DNA from: Bacillota bacterium | GTDB lineage: Bacteria > Bacillota > Sulfobacillia > RBS10-35 > Bu92 | DNA length: 64,000 bases | Assembly: GCA_014896375.1 (NCBI GenBank) | Contig: JADBKN010000009.1 | Location: 75,088 to 139,087, forward strand | Direction: 5' to 3' | Shown: one piece after another, positions 40,294 through 49,617 of the stretch | Layout: the number at the start of each line of letters is the position of its first letter | Numbering within the stretch: the stretch's first letter is position 1 | Made by a program: the position numbers and the translations under genes | The notes under the pieces: model-generated | Seen by the model: only the letters and a program-made list of their open reading frames with translations | What the model was told of the DNA's origin: nothing | Databases searched by the model: none

Positions 40294-41021
40294 CAACGCC
40301 GTCGCCGGCTGACGAGGATCTCTTGGAGGCCCTCCGCTGGACGGAGGAGCGGCTGGCGGCCGGGGAGGCCGTGCCGCTGGGTCCCCTCGCGGAGCGATTG
40401 CGCCGTCGCTGGGCGCGGGTGGAGGCGCGAGAGCTGGAACCGGCCAGCCAGGCTCTCCTGCAGATGGCGCGGCTTCTGGAGAAGCGCGCGCGCCTCTTCT
40501 TCCCGCCGGAGCCGGCGCCTGAAGAGGCCGCCCCCGAGGAGGAGGCGGGCGGCGGGCCGTTTCTGCCCGGAGAGGAGCTCCTTGAACGCCTCGCGGCGCT
40601 CGAGGCCTTCCAGGATGTGGCGAAGGCGCTCGACGCCTACCAACGCCAGGCGCGGCGCAGGTTCCCGCGCGGCGCCGCCGGTCGCCCGCGGGCGGAGACA
40701 GCGGCGGGCACCGCCTCGCCGGACGCGCTGCTCGCGGCCTTCCGCGCCGTGTGGGAGCGCGCCCGGGAGCGGACGCGGCAGGTGGAGCGGGAGACGCTCA
40801 CCGTGCGCGACCGGATGTGGGAGATCGCGCGGCGCGCCAAGGACGGGCCGGTCGCCTTCGACGCTCTCTTCGACGCCGATGCCGGGCGGCGGGACGTGAT
40901 CGTGACCTTCCTCGCGCTTTTGGAACTCATCCGCCTGGGTGAGGTCGTCGCGCGCCAGGAGGGCCCGCGGGCGCCCATCGTCATCTTCCCGGCGGCGGTG
41001 CAGGGGGGCGGCGGGCGGTGA
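40290..41021 (+). CDS. scpA: Segregation and condensation protein A
   Basis: GTG overlaps the previous stop (GTGA). ScpA C-terminal winged helix …RRDVIVTFLALLELIRLGEVVARQE…. Confidence 0.8.
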   Translation: MTTPSPADEDLLEALRWTEERLAAGEAVPLGPLAERLRRRWARVEARELEPASQALLQMARLLEKRARLFFPPEPAPEEAAPEEEAGGGPFLPGEELLERLAALEAFQDVAKALDAYQRQARRRFPRGAAGRPRAETAAGTASPDALLAAFRAVWERARERTRQVERETLTVRDRMWEIARRAKDGPVAFDALFDADAGRRDVIVTFLALLELIRLGEVVARQEGPRAPIVIFPAAVQGGGGR

Positions 41022-41662
41022 ACCCGCTCCTGCCGCGCATCGAGGCGCTGCTCTTCGCCGCCGAGGAGCCCCTCAGTACGGCGCGCCTGGCGGAGCTCTG
41101 CGGCGCGGAGCGCGGCGCTGTGGAGGCCGCGCTGCGGGAACTGGACGCGGCGTTGGGCGACGAGGCGCGGGGGATCCAGCTGGAGGCCGTGGCCGGCGGC
41201 TGGCGCCTCGTCACGAAGCCCGAGCACGCGGACGCGGTGGCGCGCCTGCGCGGCCCGGCCGGTGCGCCGCTGTCGGCGGCGGCGCTGGAGACGCTCGCCA
41301 TCGTCCTCTACCAGCAACCCGTGACGCGCGCGGAGATCGACGCCCTGCGCGGCGTCCACTCGGAGAGCGCCCTGCACACGCTGATCGAGCGCGGGTTCGT
41401 CCGCGAGGTGGGCCGCAAGGACGCACCCGGGCGGCCGGCGCTCTACGGCACGACGCGCCGCGTGCTCACCTACTTCGGCATCCGCGACATCCGCGACCTG
41501 CCCGACCCACGCGCCCTGCTGCCGGAGGGCGGGCCGCGCCAGCTGTACCTGCGCGTGCCCCCAAAGGCGTCGGGCGGTACGTCCGGCGACACCACGGGAG
41601 GCCCGGACGCAGCGGCGCCGCCGGCACGGCCGGCCGAAGCCTCTTCACCGGCGCGCGACTAG
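41018..41662 (+). CDS. scpB: Segregation and condensation protein B
   Basis: GTG overlaps the scpA stop. Tandem winged helices (…IEALLFAAEEPLSTARLAEL…, …LETLAIVLYQQPVTRAEIDALRGV…) and a conserved GRPALYGTT motif. Confidence 0.9.
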   Translation: MNPLLPRIEALLFAAEEPLSTARLAELCGAERGAVEAALRELDAALGDEARGIQLEAVAGGWRLVTKPEHADAVARLRGPAGAPLSAAALETLAIVLYQQPVTRAEIDALRGVHSESALHTLIERGFVREVGRKDAPGRPALYGTTRRVLTYFGIRDIRDLPDPRALLPEGGPRQLYLRVPPKASGGTSGDTTGGPDAAAPPARPAEASSPARD

Positions 41663-41692
41663 ACTCCCGCCGCACGGAGCATTCTTCTTACG

Positions 41693-42316
41693 GTGAACCC
41701 CGTGAGCTGGCCGGCCGCCATCCTCGCCATGGCCGCCCTCGCCGCCGCCGCGCTGCTTCTGCCGCTGCGGCTGGGACTGCGCCTGCGCTGGGAGGAGCGT
41801 CCGGCGCGGCGCGAGGGTGCCGTCGAGTGGCAGCTCGGGCCGATCGCGGGGTCGCAACCTCTGCCGCTGCCGGCTCCCTTGCCGCTCAGCTGGGATCGGC
41901 TGGACGACCTCGCGCGAGAGGCGCTGCGCTGGGTTCGCGAGGTGCGGGAGCACGTGCCGGAGATCGTGGCCGGTGGCGTGACGATCGGCGGCGCACGGCT
42001 GGAACGGCTGGAGGTGCGCGTCCAGGTCGGGGCGGGCGACGCCGCGGCGACGGCCGTCGCCTGCGGCCTCGTGCACGCCGCGCTCTGGCCGGCGCTCGCG
42101 CTCGCCGCGCGCGCGTGGCGCTTCCGCGGCCGGCCGCTAGTCGTCGTCCAGCCTGACTTTTCACCGCTGCCCGCGTGGATCGTGGAAGGCCACTGCATAT
42201 GGTCCTGGCGGCTCGGGCACCTTATAGCCGCTCTCGGGCGGATGGCGCTGGCACGCCTTGCGCGTGCCGCCGCCCGCTGGGTCCAACGCCTGCTCGTGGA
42301 GGTGCGCCCGTCTTGA
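41693..42316 (+). CDS. Sporulation-associated membrane protein, YtfI/DUF2953-like
   Basis: GTG start. N-terminal TM and ~200 aa. Directly precedes and is coupled to ytfJ, as in the Bacillus ytfI-ytfJ pair. Family call by context and size only. Confidence 0.45.
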   Translation: MNPVSWPAAILAMAALAAAALLLPLRLGLRLRWEERPARREGAVEWQLGPIAGSQPLPLPAPLPLSWDRLDDLAREALRWVREVREHVPEIVAGGVTIGGARLERLEVRVQVGAGDAAATAVACGLVHAALWPALALAARAWRFRGRPLVVVQPDFSPLPAWIVEGHCIWSWRLGHLIAALGRMALARLARAAARWVQRLLVEVRPS

Positions 42317-42810
42317 GTGAGCACGCCATTCAAGGGCTGATGCAGACCGCGATGGAGTCCCTCAAGGGCATGATCGACGTGAACACGGTCGTCGGCGACG
42401 CCGTGGAGACGAAGGACGGCACAGTGATTGTGCCGGTGTCGCGCGTGGCCTTCGGTTTCGCGGCCGGCGGCAGCGACTGGCCGCATGCGCGCGGAGAGTC
42501 GCACCCCTTCGGGGGCGGCAGCGGCGCCGGCGTGTCGGTGCAGCCGGTCGCCTTCCTCGTCGTGAGCGGCAGCGCCATCCGACTTCTGCCGGTCGGCGAC
42601 CGCGGCACCGTGGAACGCCTCCTGGACATGACGCCGGAGGTGCTCGACCGGCTCCAGGGCGTGCTGCACAAGAACGGCGGCGCGCGGCGCGGCCACCCGC
42701 GCGGCGGCTCGCCGGCGCCGGCGGGCGCGCCTGCGGCCGCGGCGGAGTTCGACGGCTCGACGTCGACCGGCGGGACGAACTCCCTGGAGCGGCCGTACCC
42801 GACCGTCTGA
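42313..42810 (+). CDS. ytfJ: Sporulation protein YtfJ (GerW family)
   Basis: TTG start overlapping the previous stop (TTGA). N-terminus LSEHAIQGLMQTAMESLKGMIDVNTVVGD… matches the highly conserved YtfJ start MSEHPIQGLMKTAMENLKEMIDVNTIVGD. Confidence 0.8.
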   Translation: MSEHAIQGLMQTAMESLKGMIDVNTVVGDAVETKDGTVIVPVSRVAFGFAAGGSDWPHARGESHPFGGGSGAGVSVQPVAFLVVSGSAIRLLPVGDRGTVERLLDMTPEVLDRLQGVLHKNGGARRGHPRGGSPAPAGAPAAAAEFDGSTSTGGTNSLERPYPTV

Positions 42811-42838
42811 TCCTTAAGCCACGGACCCACGCACGCCC

Positions 42839-42870
42839 GGCGCCCCCGCGAGGGGGCGCCGCCCTTTCTT
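42839..42870 (+). terminator. Intrinsic terminator after ytfJ
   Basis: Perfect 9-bp stem GGCGCCCCC / GGGGGCGCC with a GCGA tetraloop, followed by GCCCTTTCTT. Confidence 0.55.
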
Positions 42871-42939
42871 CCACCATTTGTGTCACATGGCCCGATGCCG
42901 GCCCAGGCACGTTATGGCCAGGACGGAGGGTCGTGCGCC

Positions 42940-43740
42940 ATGCGCAGCATCTGGAACGGCGCCCTGAGCTTCGGGCTCGTGCACATCCCCGTGCGGCTCT
43001 TCTCCGCCACGGAGGATCGCGACGTGCACTTCCGGCAGCTGCACCGCGCCGACCACACGCCCATCCAGTACCGGCGCCACTGCCCGGCCTGCGGGCAGGA
43101 CGTGGGGCCCGAGGACATCGTGCGCGGCTACGAGTACCTCCCGGGCCAGTTCGTCGTGCTGGAGGACGAAGACTTGGAACAGTTGCCGCTCCCCACCCAG
43201 AAGACGATGGAGATCCTCGACTTCGTCCGCGTGGAGGAGGTCGATCCGATCTACTTCGAGCGCTCGTATTTCATCGCCCCGGCCGAGGGCGGCGCGCGCC
43301 CGTTCGCGCTCCTGCGGGCGGCGATGGAGCGCACGGGGCGCGCGGGCCTCTGCCGCGTGGCGCTGCGCGCCAAGGAGCGCCTCGGGTTGGTGCGCCTCTA
43401 CCAGGGAAGGGCCCTGGTGCTCGAGACGCTGCACTACCCGGACGAGATCCGGCAGCCGGAGGGGCTGGAGGAGCTGGAGCGGCTGCCGGCGCCGTCGGAG
43501 AGGGAGCTCGTGATCGCCGAGCAGCTCGTGCAGAGCCTCGCTGTGCCGTTCCAGCCGGAGCGCTACCGCGACCGTTACCGCGAGGCCCTTCAGGAGCTGA
43601 TCGAACGCAAGGTGGCGGGGCAGGAGCTCGTGGCGCCGGCGCGCGCGGAGGAGACGGTGCCCATGGACCTGCTGGCGGCCCTCGAGGAGAGCGTGCGCCG
43701 GGTCGAGGCGCAGCGCGCCCTGGCTGGGCGCACGGGCTAG
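42940..43740 (+). CDS. ku: Non-homologous end joining protein Ku
   Basis: ATG with GGAGGG RBS. MRSIWNGALSFGLVHIPVRLFSATEDRDVHFRQLH… is the canonical bacterial Ku core. ~266 aa. Confidence 0.9.
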   Translation: MRSIWNGALSFGLVHIPVRLFSATEDRDVHFRQLHRADHTPIQYRRHCPACGQDVGPEDIVRGYEYLPGQFVVLEDEDLEQLPLPTQKTMEILDFVRVEEVDPIYFERSYFIAPAEGGARPFALLRAAMERTGRAGLCRVALRAKERLGLVRLYQGRALVLETLHYPDEIRQPEGLEELERLPAPSERELVIAEQLVQSLAVPFQPERYRDRYREALQELIERKVAGQELVAPARAEETVPMDLLAALEESVRRVEAQRALAGRTG

Positions 43741-44790
43741 ATGCGGACCGCGGACGGGGGCGCGCCGGCCTGGCCCGTGCCGCCGCAGGCGATGGAGCCG
43801 GTGCTCTGGCCGGAGGCGTTCGACGACCCGCGCTTCGCCTTCGAGATCAAGTGGGACGGCATCCGCCTGCTCACCTGGGCCGGGCGCGGCGGGCTGCGCG
43901 CCGTCACGCGCCGCGGCCGCCGGCGCGAGCACGCCTATCCGGAGCTGGCCGCTCTGGCGGGAGGCCCGGAGGCCGTCTTCGACGGCGAGATGGTCGTCTT
44001 CGTGCGCGGGCGCCCCTCATTTCCGGCCGTCCTGCGCCGCGACCGCGCCTCCGAGCCGCGCGCGGTGGAGCGGCTCGCCCGCGCCTGGCCCGCCGTGTAT
44101 CAGGTCTTCGACCTCCTTTGGGAGGGCGGCCGCGACTGGCGCGCGGCACCCTGGGAGGAGCGGCGCGCGCGGCTGGAGCGGATCCTTGAGGGGCGCGGCG
44201 GGAGCGTGGCGCTTGTGCAGGCGTGGCCCGGGGAGCGCGGGCGCGCGCTCTTTGAGGCGGCGGCCGGGCTCGGTCTTGAGGGCGTCGTGGCCAAGGAACG
44301 GGCGAGCCCCTACCTGCCCGGCCGCCGCAGCGGGGCGTGGCGGAAGATCAAGGCCTGGAGGGAGCGCGACGCGGTGGTGGGCGGCTACCTCGAAGGTGTG
44401 GAGGGCCTCGCCTCGCTGCTGGTCGGCGCGTATGAGGGCCCTGCGCTGCGCTATATCGGGCGCGCCGGGTCGGGGCTGAACGCGCGGGAGCGCCAGGCGC
44501 TGCGCGCCCTCTTGGACCGCGACCGCCGGGCCTCGTGCCCGTTCGAGCCGGAGCCCGCGAGACTGCCGTCGCCGCCTGTATGGGTGGAGCCGCGGCTCGT
44601 GGCGCGGGTGCGGTATCTCGAGTGGACGCCGGAACTTCTGCTCCGGGCGCCGGTGGTGATCGCCGTGCGGGAGGGCGACCCCCACGCCTGCCGACTGGAG
44701 GACGGGGATCTGGAGGTGAAGGGCGATGGCGAGGGGCGCGGAGACGACGGTCTGGGTGGACGGCCGTCGCCTCGCCCTGCGCAACCTTGA
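43741..44790 (+). CDS. ligD: ATP-dependent DNA ligase (LigD ligase domain)
   Basis: Starts 1 nt after the ku stop. Adenylation-domain motifs (…FEIKWDGIRLL… motif I Lys, …FDGEMVV…, …EGVVAKERASPY…, …WRKIK…) and an OB domain. Confidence 0.85.
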   Translation: MRTADGGAPAWPVPPQAMEPVLWPEAFDDPRFAFEIKWDGIRLLTWAGRGGLRAVTRRGRRREHAYPELAALAGGPEAVFDGEMVVFVRGRPSFPAVLRRDRASEPRAVERLARAWPAVYQVFDLLWEGGRDWRAAPWEERRARLERILEGRGGSVALVQAWPGERGRALFEAAAGLGLEGVVAKERASPYLPGRRSGAWRKIKAWRERDAVVGGYLEGVEGLASLLVGAYEGPALRYIGRAGSGLNARERQALRALLDRDRRASCPFEPEPARLPSPPVWVEPRLVARVRYLEWTPELLLRAPVVIAVREGDPHACRLEDGDLEVKGDGEGRGDDGLGGRPSPRPAQP

Positions 44791-45643
44791 CAAGCCCTTC
44801 TGGCCGGAGGACGGCCTCACGAAGGGCCACATGATCCAGTACTACGAGGCGGTGGCGCCGGCCATCCTGCCGCACCTGGAGGGCCGGCCGCTCGTCGTCA
44901 CGCGCTATCCGGACGGCATCCGCGGCGAGTCCTTCTACCAGAAGAACCGGCCGCCGGGCACACCGGAGTGGGTGCCGATCTGGCCGTACTATTCGCGCGA
45001 GAGCGACCGCTGGCTCGGCTTCATCGTCTGCCGCGACCGCGCCACGCTGGTCTGGCTCGCGAACCAGGCGGCCGTCGAGCTGCACCCGTGGTACTCGCCC
45101 TGCACGCATCCGGAAGAGCCGGACTTCTGCGTCATCGACCTCGACCCCATGGCACCGGCCACCTTCGACGACGCGCGGGAGGTCGCGCTGGTCCTGCGCG
45201 AGTACCTGGAGCGGCGCGGGGTACGCGCGTTCCTCAAGACCTCCGGGGCCACGGGGCTGCACGTCTACATGCCGCTCGAACGCGGCTACACGTACCCGCA
45301 GACGGCGGCCGCCGTGCGCCGCCTGGCGCTGGCCTTCGTGCGCATGTGGCCGGAGCGCTGCACCGTGGAGCGCAGCGTGGAGAAGCGCGGCGGCAAGGTC
45401 TACATCGACTACCTCCAAAACCACATGGGGAAAACGCTCTGTGCGCCCTACAGCCTGCGGCCGTTGCCCGGCGCGCCCGTCTCCTGCCCGCTCGATTGGT
45501 CGGAGCTCGCCGGCGTGGACCCGCGCCGCTGGAACCTCCGCACCGTGCCCGAGCGCTTGCGGCGGCAGGGCGACCCATGGCGCGGCATCCTGGAGGAACG
45601 CCAGCCGCTGGAACTGCTCAGCGGCGACCCGGTGCGGGTGTGA
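44726..45643 (+). CDS. ligD: LigD polymerase/primase domain (PolDom) protein. It overlaps the ligase ORF by 65 bp in a different frame.
   Basis: …RLALRNLDKPFWPEDGLTKGHMIQYYEAVAP…, …ELHPW…, …FCVIDLDP…, …KTSGATGLHVYMPL… are AEP primase-polymerase motifs of the LigD Pol domain. Confidence 0.8.
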   Translation: MARGAETTVWVDGRRLALRNLDKPFWPEDGLTKGHMIQYYEAVAPAILPHLEGRPLVVTRYPDGIRGESFYQKNRPPGTPEWVPIWPYYSRESDRWLGFIVCRDRATLVWLANQAAVELHPWYSPCTHPEEPDFCVIDLDPMAPATFDDAREVALVLREYLERRGVRAFLKTSGATGLHVYMPLERGYTYPQTAAAVRRLALAFVRMWPERCTVERSVEKRGGKVYIDYLQNHMGKTLCAPYSLRPLPGAPVSCPLDWSELAGVDPRRWNLRTVPERLRRQGDPWRGILEERQPLELLSGDPVRV

Positions 45644-45657
45644 AGGAGGGGCGGGGG

Positions 45658-47220
45658 ATGGCGCTCGTTTGCCTCGACGAGGTCGCCGAGCGCTTCCGGC
45701 GTCGCGGCGCGTCGCTCTTCCCCTACCAGGTGGAGGCGGCGCGGCGCGTCGTCGAGGACATGGGCGGCAGCGGCATCCTCGCCGACGAGGTCGGGCTGGG
45801 GAAGACGGTGGAAGCCGGGCTCGTGATCCTGGAGCTCGCGCGGCGCGAGCGGGTGCGGGATGTGCTCGTGCTGGTGCCGGCCTCGCTCACGTACCAATGG
45901 CGGCGCGAGCTGGCCGAGAAGTTCGGCCTGGCCGCGCGCGCGCGCCTGGAGGCCGGCGGCCTCGTCGTGGCCTCGCTGGACACAGCGAAGCGCGGCGCCG
46001 CGGCAGAGGCCTGTCTCGGGCGCGCGTGGGACCTTCTGCTCGTCGACGAGGCCCACCGCCTGAAGAACCCGCGCACGCAGGTGCACCGCTTCACGGCCGC
46101 CCTGCGCCGCCGGCACACGGTGCTGATCTCCGCCACGCCGCTTCAGAACGACCTGACGGAGCTGCACGCGCTGGTGTCGCTCGTGCGTCCGGAGCTCTTC
46201 GGTGGCTTTGAGGAGTTCCAGCGGCGCTTCCTTCTCGACCGGCGCACGCCGCGCGATCCCGCCGCTTTGCGGGCACTTCTAGAGCGCGTGATGGTCCGCC
46301 ACAGGAGGGGCGACTTCCTGCCGGCCTTTCCCCGCCGCCATGTGCGGATGGTGCCCGTGGACCCCACACCGGAGGAGCGCGAGCTGTATGAGGCCGTGAC
46401 GGAGGCGGTGCGGGCCGAGTACTGGCGCCGCGTGGTGGACGGCGGCTCGGTGCTGCCGCTCATCGCGCTGCAGCGGGAGGCGTGCTCCAGCCCCGCCGCC
46501 CTGCGGGCGACGCTCGAACGCATGGGTGACGGCGATTGGCGGCGGCGCCACGGGCACCTCTGGACCCTCGCGGCGGCCGCGCGGAACCCCGCCAAGGCTT
46601 TGGCCTTGACACAACTCGTCCGCCGGATCGAGGGCAAAGTCCTCGTCTACACCGAGTTCCGCGCCACCCAGGAGGACATCGTGGCGCGCCTGCGCGCGGA
46701 CGGCGTGCCGGTGGCCGCCTTCCACGGCGGGCTCACGGCGGCGGCCAAGGACGAGGCGTTGCACGCCTTCGCCCAGAGGGCGCGCGTGCTCGTGAGCACG
46801 GAATGCGGCGGGGAGGGGCTCAACCTGCAGTTCTGCCGCCATCTTGTGAACTATGACCTGCCCTGGAACCCGATGCGCGTGGAGCAGCGCATCGGCCGCG
46901 TGCACCGGCTGGGCCAGGCGGAGGATGTGTGGGTGTACAATCTCTACGTCCGCGATACGATCGAGGAGGCCCTCCTCGATCTGCTCCACGAGAAGATCGA
47001 CCTCTTCAGACAGGTCGTGGGCGAGCTCGACGTGATCCTGCGCCAGCTGGAGCGGAAGCGCTCGTTTGAACGCACCATCCTGCACATCGCGCTGAGCGCG
47101 CGCGACCGGCGGGAGCTGGAGGCGCGCTTTGCGCAGCTCGGCGAGCAGATGGTGGAGGCGGGGCGCCGCGCAGGTGCGGGCGTCCCGGAGCCGGCGGGAC
47201 TCGGAGGTGGGCGGTCGTGA
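45658..47220 (+). CDS. SNF2-family DEAD/DEAH-box helicase (helicase core only, 520 aa)
   Basis: ATG with GAAGGAGGGG RBS. Motif I ILADEVGLGKTVEAG, motif II LLVDEAHRLKN, SNF2_N segment (…LISATPLQNDLTELHALV…), Helicase_C (…KVLVYTEFRATQ…, …LVSTECGGEGLNLQFCRHLVNYDLPWNPMRVEQRIGRVHRLGQ…). Confidence 0.85.
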   Translation: MALVCLDEVAERFRRRGASLFPYQVEAARRVVEDMGGSGILADEVGLGKTVEAGLVILELARRERVRDVLVLVPASLTYQWRRELAEKFGLAARARLEAGGLVVASLDTAKRGAAAEACLGRAWDLLLVDEAHRLKNPRTQVHRFTAALRRRHTVLISATPLQNDLTELHALVSLVRPELFGGFEEFQRRFLLDRRTPRDPAALRALLERVMVRHRRGDFLPAFPRRHVRMVPVDPTPEERELYEAVTEAVRAEYWRRVVDGGSVLPLIALQREACSSPAALRATLERMGDGDWRRRHGHLWTLAAAARNPAKALALTQLVRRIEGKVLVYTEFRATQEDIVARLRADGVPVAAFHGGLTAAAKDEALHAFAQRARVLVSTECGGEGLNLQFCRHLVNYDLPWNPMRVEQRIGRVHRLGQAEDVWVYNLYVRDTIEEALLDLLHEKIDLFRQVVGELDVILRQLERKRSFERTILHIALSARDRRELEARFAQLGEQMVEAGRRAGAGVPEPAGLGGGRS

Positions 47221-47921
47221 CGCGCGGCGCCTTTCAACTGGAGACGTATATCGAGCACACGTACCTGAAGCCCGAGGGCGCGGAGGCGGAAGTGCGCCGG
47301 CTGTGCGCCGAGGCGCTCCAGGGAGGGCTCTTCGGTGTGTGCGTGCAGCCCGCCTACGTGCGGGCGGCGCGCGCGGAGCTGGGGGAGAGCGGCGTGCGGC
47401 TGGTGGCGGTCGTCGGCTTCCCGCACGGCGCCAACCTCAGCGAGGTGAAGGCGTTTGAGGCGGAGCGGGCCGTCGCCGACGGCGCCGACGAGCTCGACAT
47501 GGTGGCCAACCTCGGTTGGGCCGCCGCCGGCGAGTGGCGCCGCGTGGAGCGCGACGTGGCCGCCGTGGTGGCGGCGGCGCGCGGGCGCCCGGTGAAGGTC
47601 ATCCTGGAGACGGGGCTGCTCGCCGATGAAGCGCGTGTGCGTGCGGCGGCGCGGGCGGCCCTGGCGGGCGGGGCGGCGTTCCTCAAGACGAGCACCGGCT
47701 TCGGGCCCGGAGGCGCCACTGTGGAGCACGTGCGCTGGCTGAGGGAGGAGGCCGGTTCCCGCGCGGGCGTCAAGGCGGCGGGAGGCATCCGCACCGCGGC
47801 CCAGGCGCTGGCGCTCATCGCGGCGGGAGCCGACCGCCTCGGCACGAGCCGCGGCCTCGACCTCGTCCGCGAATGGCGCGCGGCCGGCTCGCCGGCGCCT
47901 TCTGCACCCGGCTCCGGCTGA
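47217..47921 (+). CDS. deoC: Deoxyribose-phosphate aldolase
   Basis: GTG overlaps the helicase stop (GTGA). …GAAFLKTSTGFGPGGAT… Schiff-base lysine region and a class I aldolase TIM barrel. Confidence 0.85.
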   Translation: MTRGAFQLETYIEHTYLKPEGAEAEVRRLCAEALQGGLFGVCVQPAYVRAARAELGESGVRLVAVVGFPHGANLSEVKAFEAERAVADGADELDMVANLGWAAAGEWRRVERDVAAVVAAARGRPVKVILETGLLADEARVRAAARAALAGGAAFLKTSTGFGPGGATVEHVRWLREEAGSRAGVKAAGGIRTAAQALALIAAGADRLGTSRGLDLVREWRAAGSPAPSAPGSG

Positions 47922-48003
47922 CGTTGCCAAACCGGCTCTTGCAGGACTCGCCGCCATTCCACAGAATCTTCGCCAGGACAACCTAGGAAGGCAGGCGAAG
48001 ACG

Positions 48004-48849
48004 GTGAAGACGCTGCGCTATCGGAAACGCGCCGCGCTGGCCCTTTTGCTGGGCTTCGTGCTGGTCGCTGCGCTCGGCTGCGGCAGCCAGAAAGCACCCG
48101 CCTCGGAATCCGGCCAAGGCACGGCCACGGGCTCCGAGACGGCCTCGGAGGCGACGGACGACCTGGCCAAGATCAAGGCGGCCGGTAAGATCACCTTCGC
48201 CACGGACGGCGCCTACCCGCCGGACGAGTTCCTCGACTCGAACGGCCAGCTCGTCGGCTTCGACGTCGACCTCGGCAAGGCGATCGCGAAGGAGCTCGGC
48301 GTCCAGTATGACGTCAAGATCGTCGAATGGGACGGCATCATCCCGGGCCTCGTGACCGGCAAGTATGACGCCATCCTCAGCACGATGAACGACACCGAGG
48401 AGCGCCGGCAGCAGGTCGACTTCATCGACTACATCAGCATGGGCCAGGTCATCGTGGTCAAGGCCGGCAACCCGAAGCACATCCAGAGCCTCGATGACCT
48501 GAAGGGCAAGACGATCGCCGTGCAGACCGGCACGACGAACGCCGATGAGGCGAAGGGCATCGCGAACGCGAACGTCAAGCTCTTCGACACGTTCACGGAC
48601 GCGCTCCTCGCCGTGAGCAACGGCCAGGCGGACGCGACGATCCTCGACGAACCTGTGGCGCGCTATTACGGCAAGACGGCGCCGGACAAGTACGCCGTTG
48701 TGGGCCAGCCGTTCAACGAGGCGCCGGTGGGCATCGCCATCCGCAAGAACCAGCCCAATCTCAAGAAGGCCATCGAGGACGCGCTCCAGAAGATCCACGA
48801 CGACGGCACCTGGGACAAGATCTACGCCGCCTGGTTCGGCGGCCAGTAA
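48004..48849 (+). CDS. Amino-acid ABC transporter substrate-binding lipoprotein (PBP type 3)
   Basis: GTG start. Signal peptide plus lipobox (LVAALGCGS). Polar amino-acid binding fold (…KITFATDGAYPPDEFLDSNGQLVGFDVDLGKAIAKELG…). Confidence 0.85.
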   Translation: MKTLRYRKRAALALLLGFVLVAALGCGSQKAPASESGQGTATGSETASEATDDLAKIKAAGKITFATDGAYPPDEFLDSNGQLVGFDVDLGKAIAKELGVQYDVKIVEWDGIIPGLVTGKYDAILSTMNDTEERRQQVDFIDYISMGQVIVVKAGNPKHIQSLDDLKGKTIAVQTGTTNADEAKGIANANVKLFDTFTDALLAVSNGQADATILDEPVARYYGKTAPDKYAVVGQPFNEAPVGIAIRKNQPNLKKAIEDALQKIHDDGTWDKIYAAWFGGQ

Positions 48850-48933
48850 GCCAGCATTTGCGCCGCTGCGCGCGCGGGGGCGGCCGGGCGGCCGCCCCCG
48901 CCGCGTGCGCGGCGGCGTCGGAGGAGGATTCCC

Positions 48934-49617
48934 TTGCCCACGCCCCCGCTCGTCGGGCTCGATTTTTGGGGTGTACTCGTCAAGACGCTGCCATGGTTCG
49001 TGCGCGGCGCGGAGTACACGCTCTTTCTCACAGTGATCGGCAGCTTCTTCGGCGTGATCCTGGGGCTCCTGGCGGCACTCGCGCGCATCTCGAGCTTCGG
49101 ACCCACGCGCGCCCTGGGCACGTTCTACACGTGGGTTTTCCGCGGCACGCCGCTTCTTGTGCAGATTTGGCTCGTCTATTTCGGCTTGCCCTCACTGGGC
49201 TTCACGATCTTCAACAACGCCCTCTTCTCAGGTTCGGTGGCGCTCAGCCTGAACACGGGAGCGTACCTCGCCGAGGTCTTCCGCGCGGCCATCGAGTCGA
49301 TCCCGCGCGGGCAGATGGAGGCGGCGCGCTCGCTCGGCATGAGCTATGCTCAGGCGATGCGCCGCGTGATCCTGCCCCAGGGGATCCGCCGCATGATCCC
49401 GCCGTCGATCAACCAGTTCGTCGCTCTTCTGAAGGACTCTTCGCTCGTGGCCACGATCAGCGTGTGGGAGATCACCTTCGTCGCGAAGACGATCACCGCC
49501 GCCACGTTCCGCTCCTTCGACCTCTTCACGCTGGCGGCGCTCTACTACCTCGTCCTGACGACGCTCTTCACCACGCTCGGCGCGTGGGTCGAAAAGAGGT
49601 TGCTCGCGTATGAGTGA
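48934..49617 (+). CDS. Amino-acid ABC transporter permease (His/Glu/Gln/Arg/opine family)
   Basis: TTG start. EAA-like loop …[41 protein letters not shown]…. Confidence 0.85.
   Translation: MPTPPLVGLDFWGVLVKTLPWFVRGAEYTLFLTVIGSFFGVILGLLAALARISSFGPTRALGTFYTWVFRGTPLLVQIWLVYFGLPSLGFTIFNNALFSGSVALSLNTGAYLAEVFRAAIESIPRGQMEAARSLGMSYAQAMRRVILPQGIRRMIPPSINQFVALLKDSSLVATISVWEITFVAKTITAATFRSFDLFTLAALYYLVLTTLFTTLGAWVEKRLLAYE

Noticed and set aside
44968-45657. N-terminal 230-codon extension of the SNF2 helicase ORF
   Set aside because: Overlaps the LigD Pol domain gene in another frame and translates to low-complexity sequence. A strong RBS and the ATG at 45658 mark the real start.
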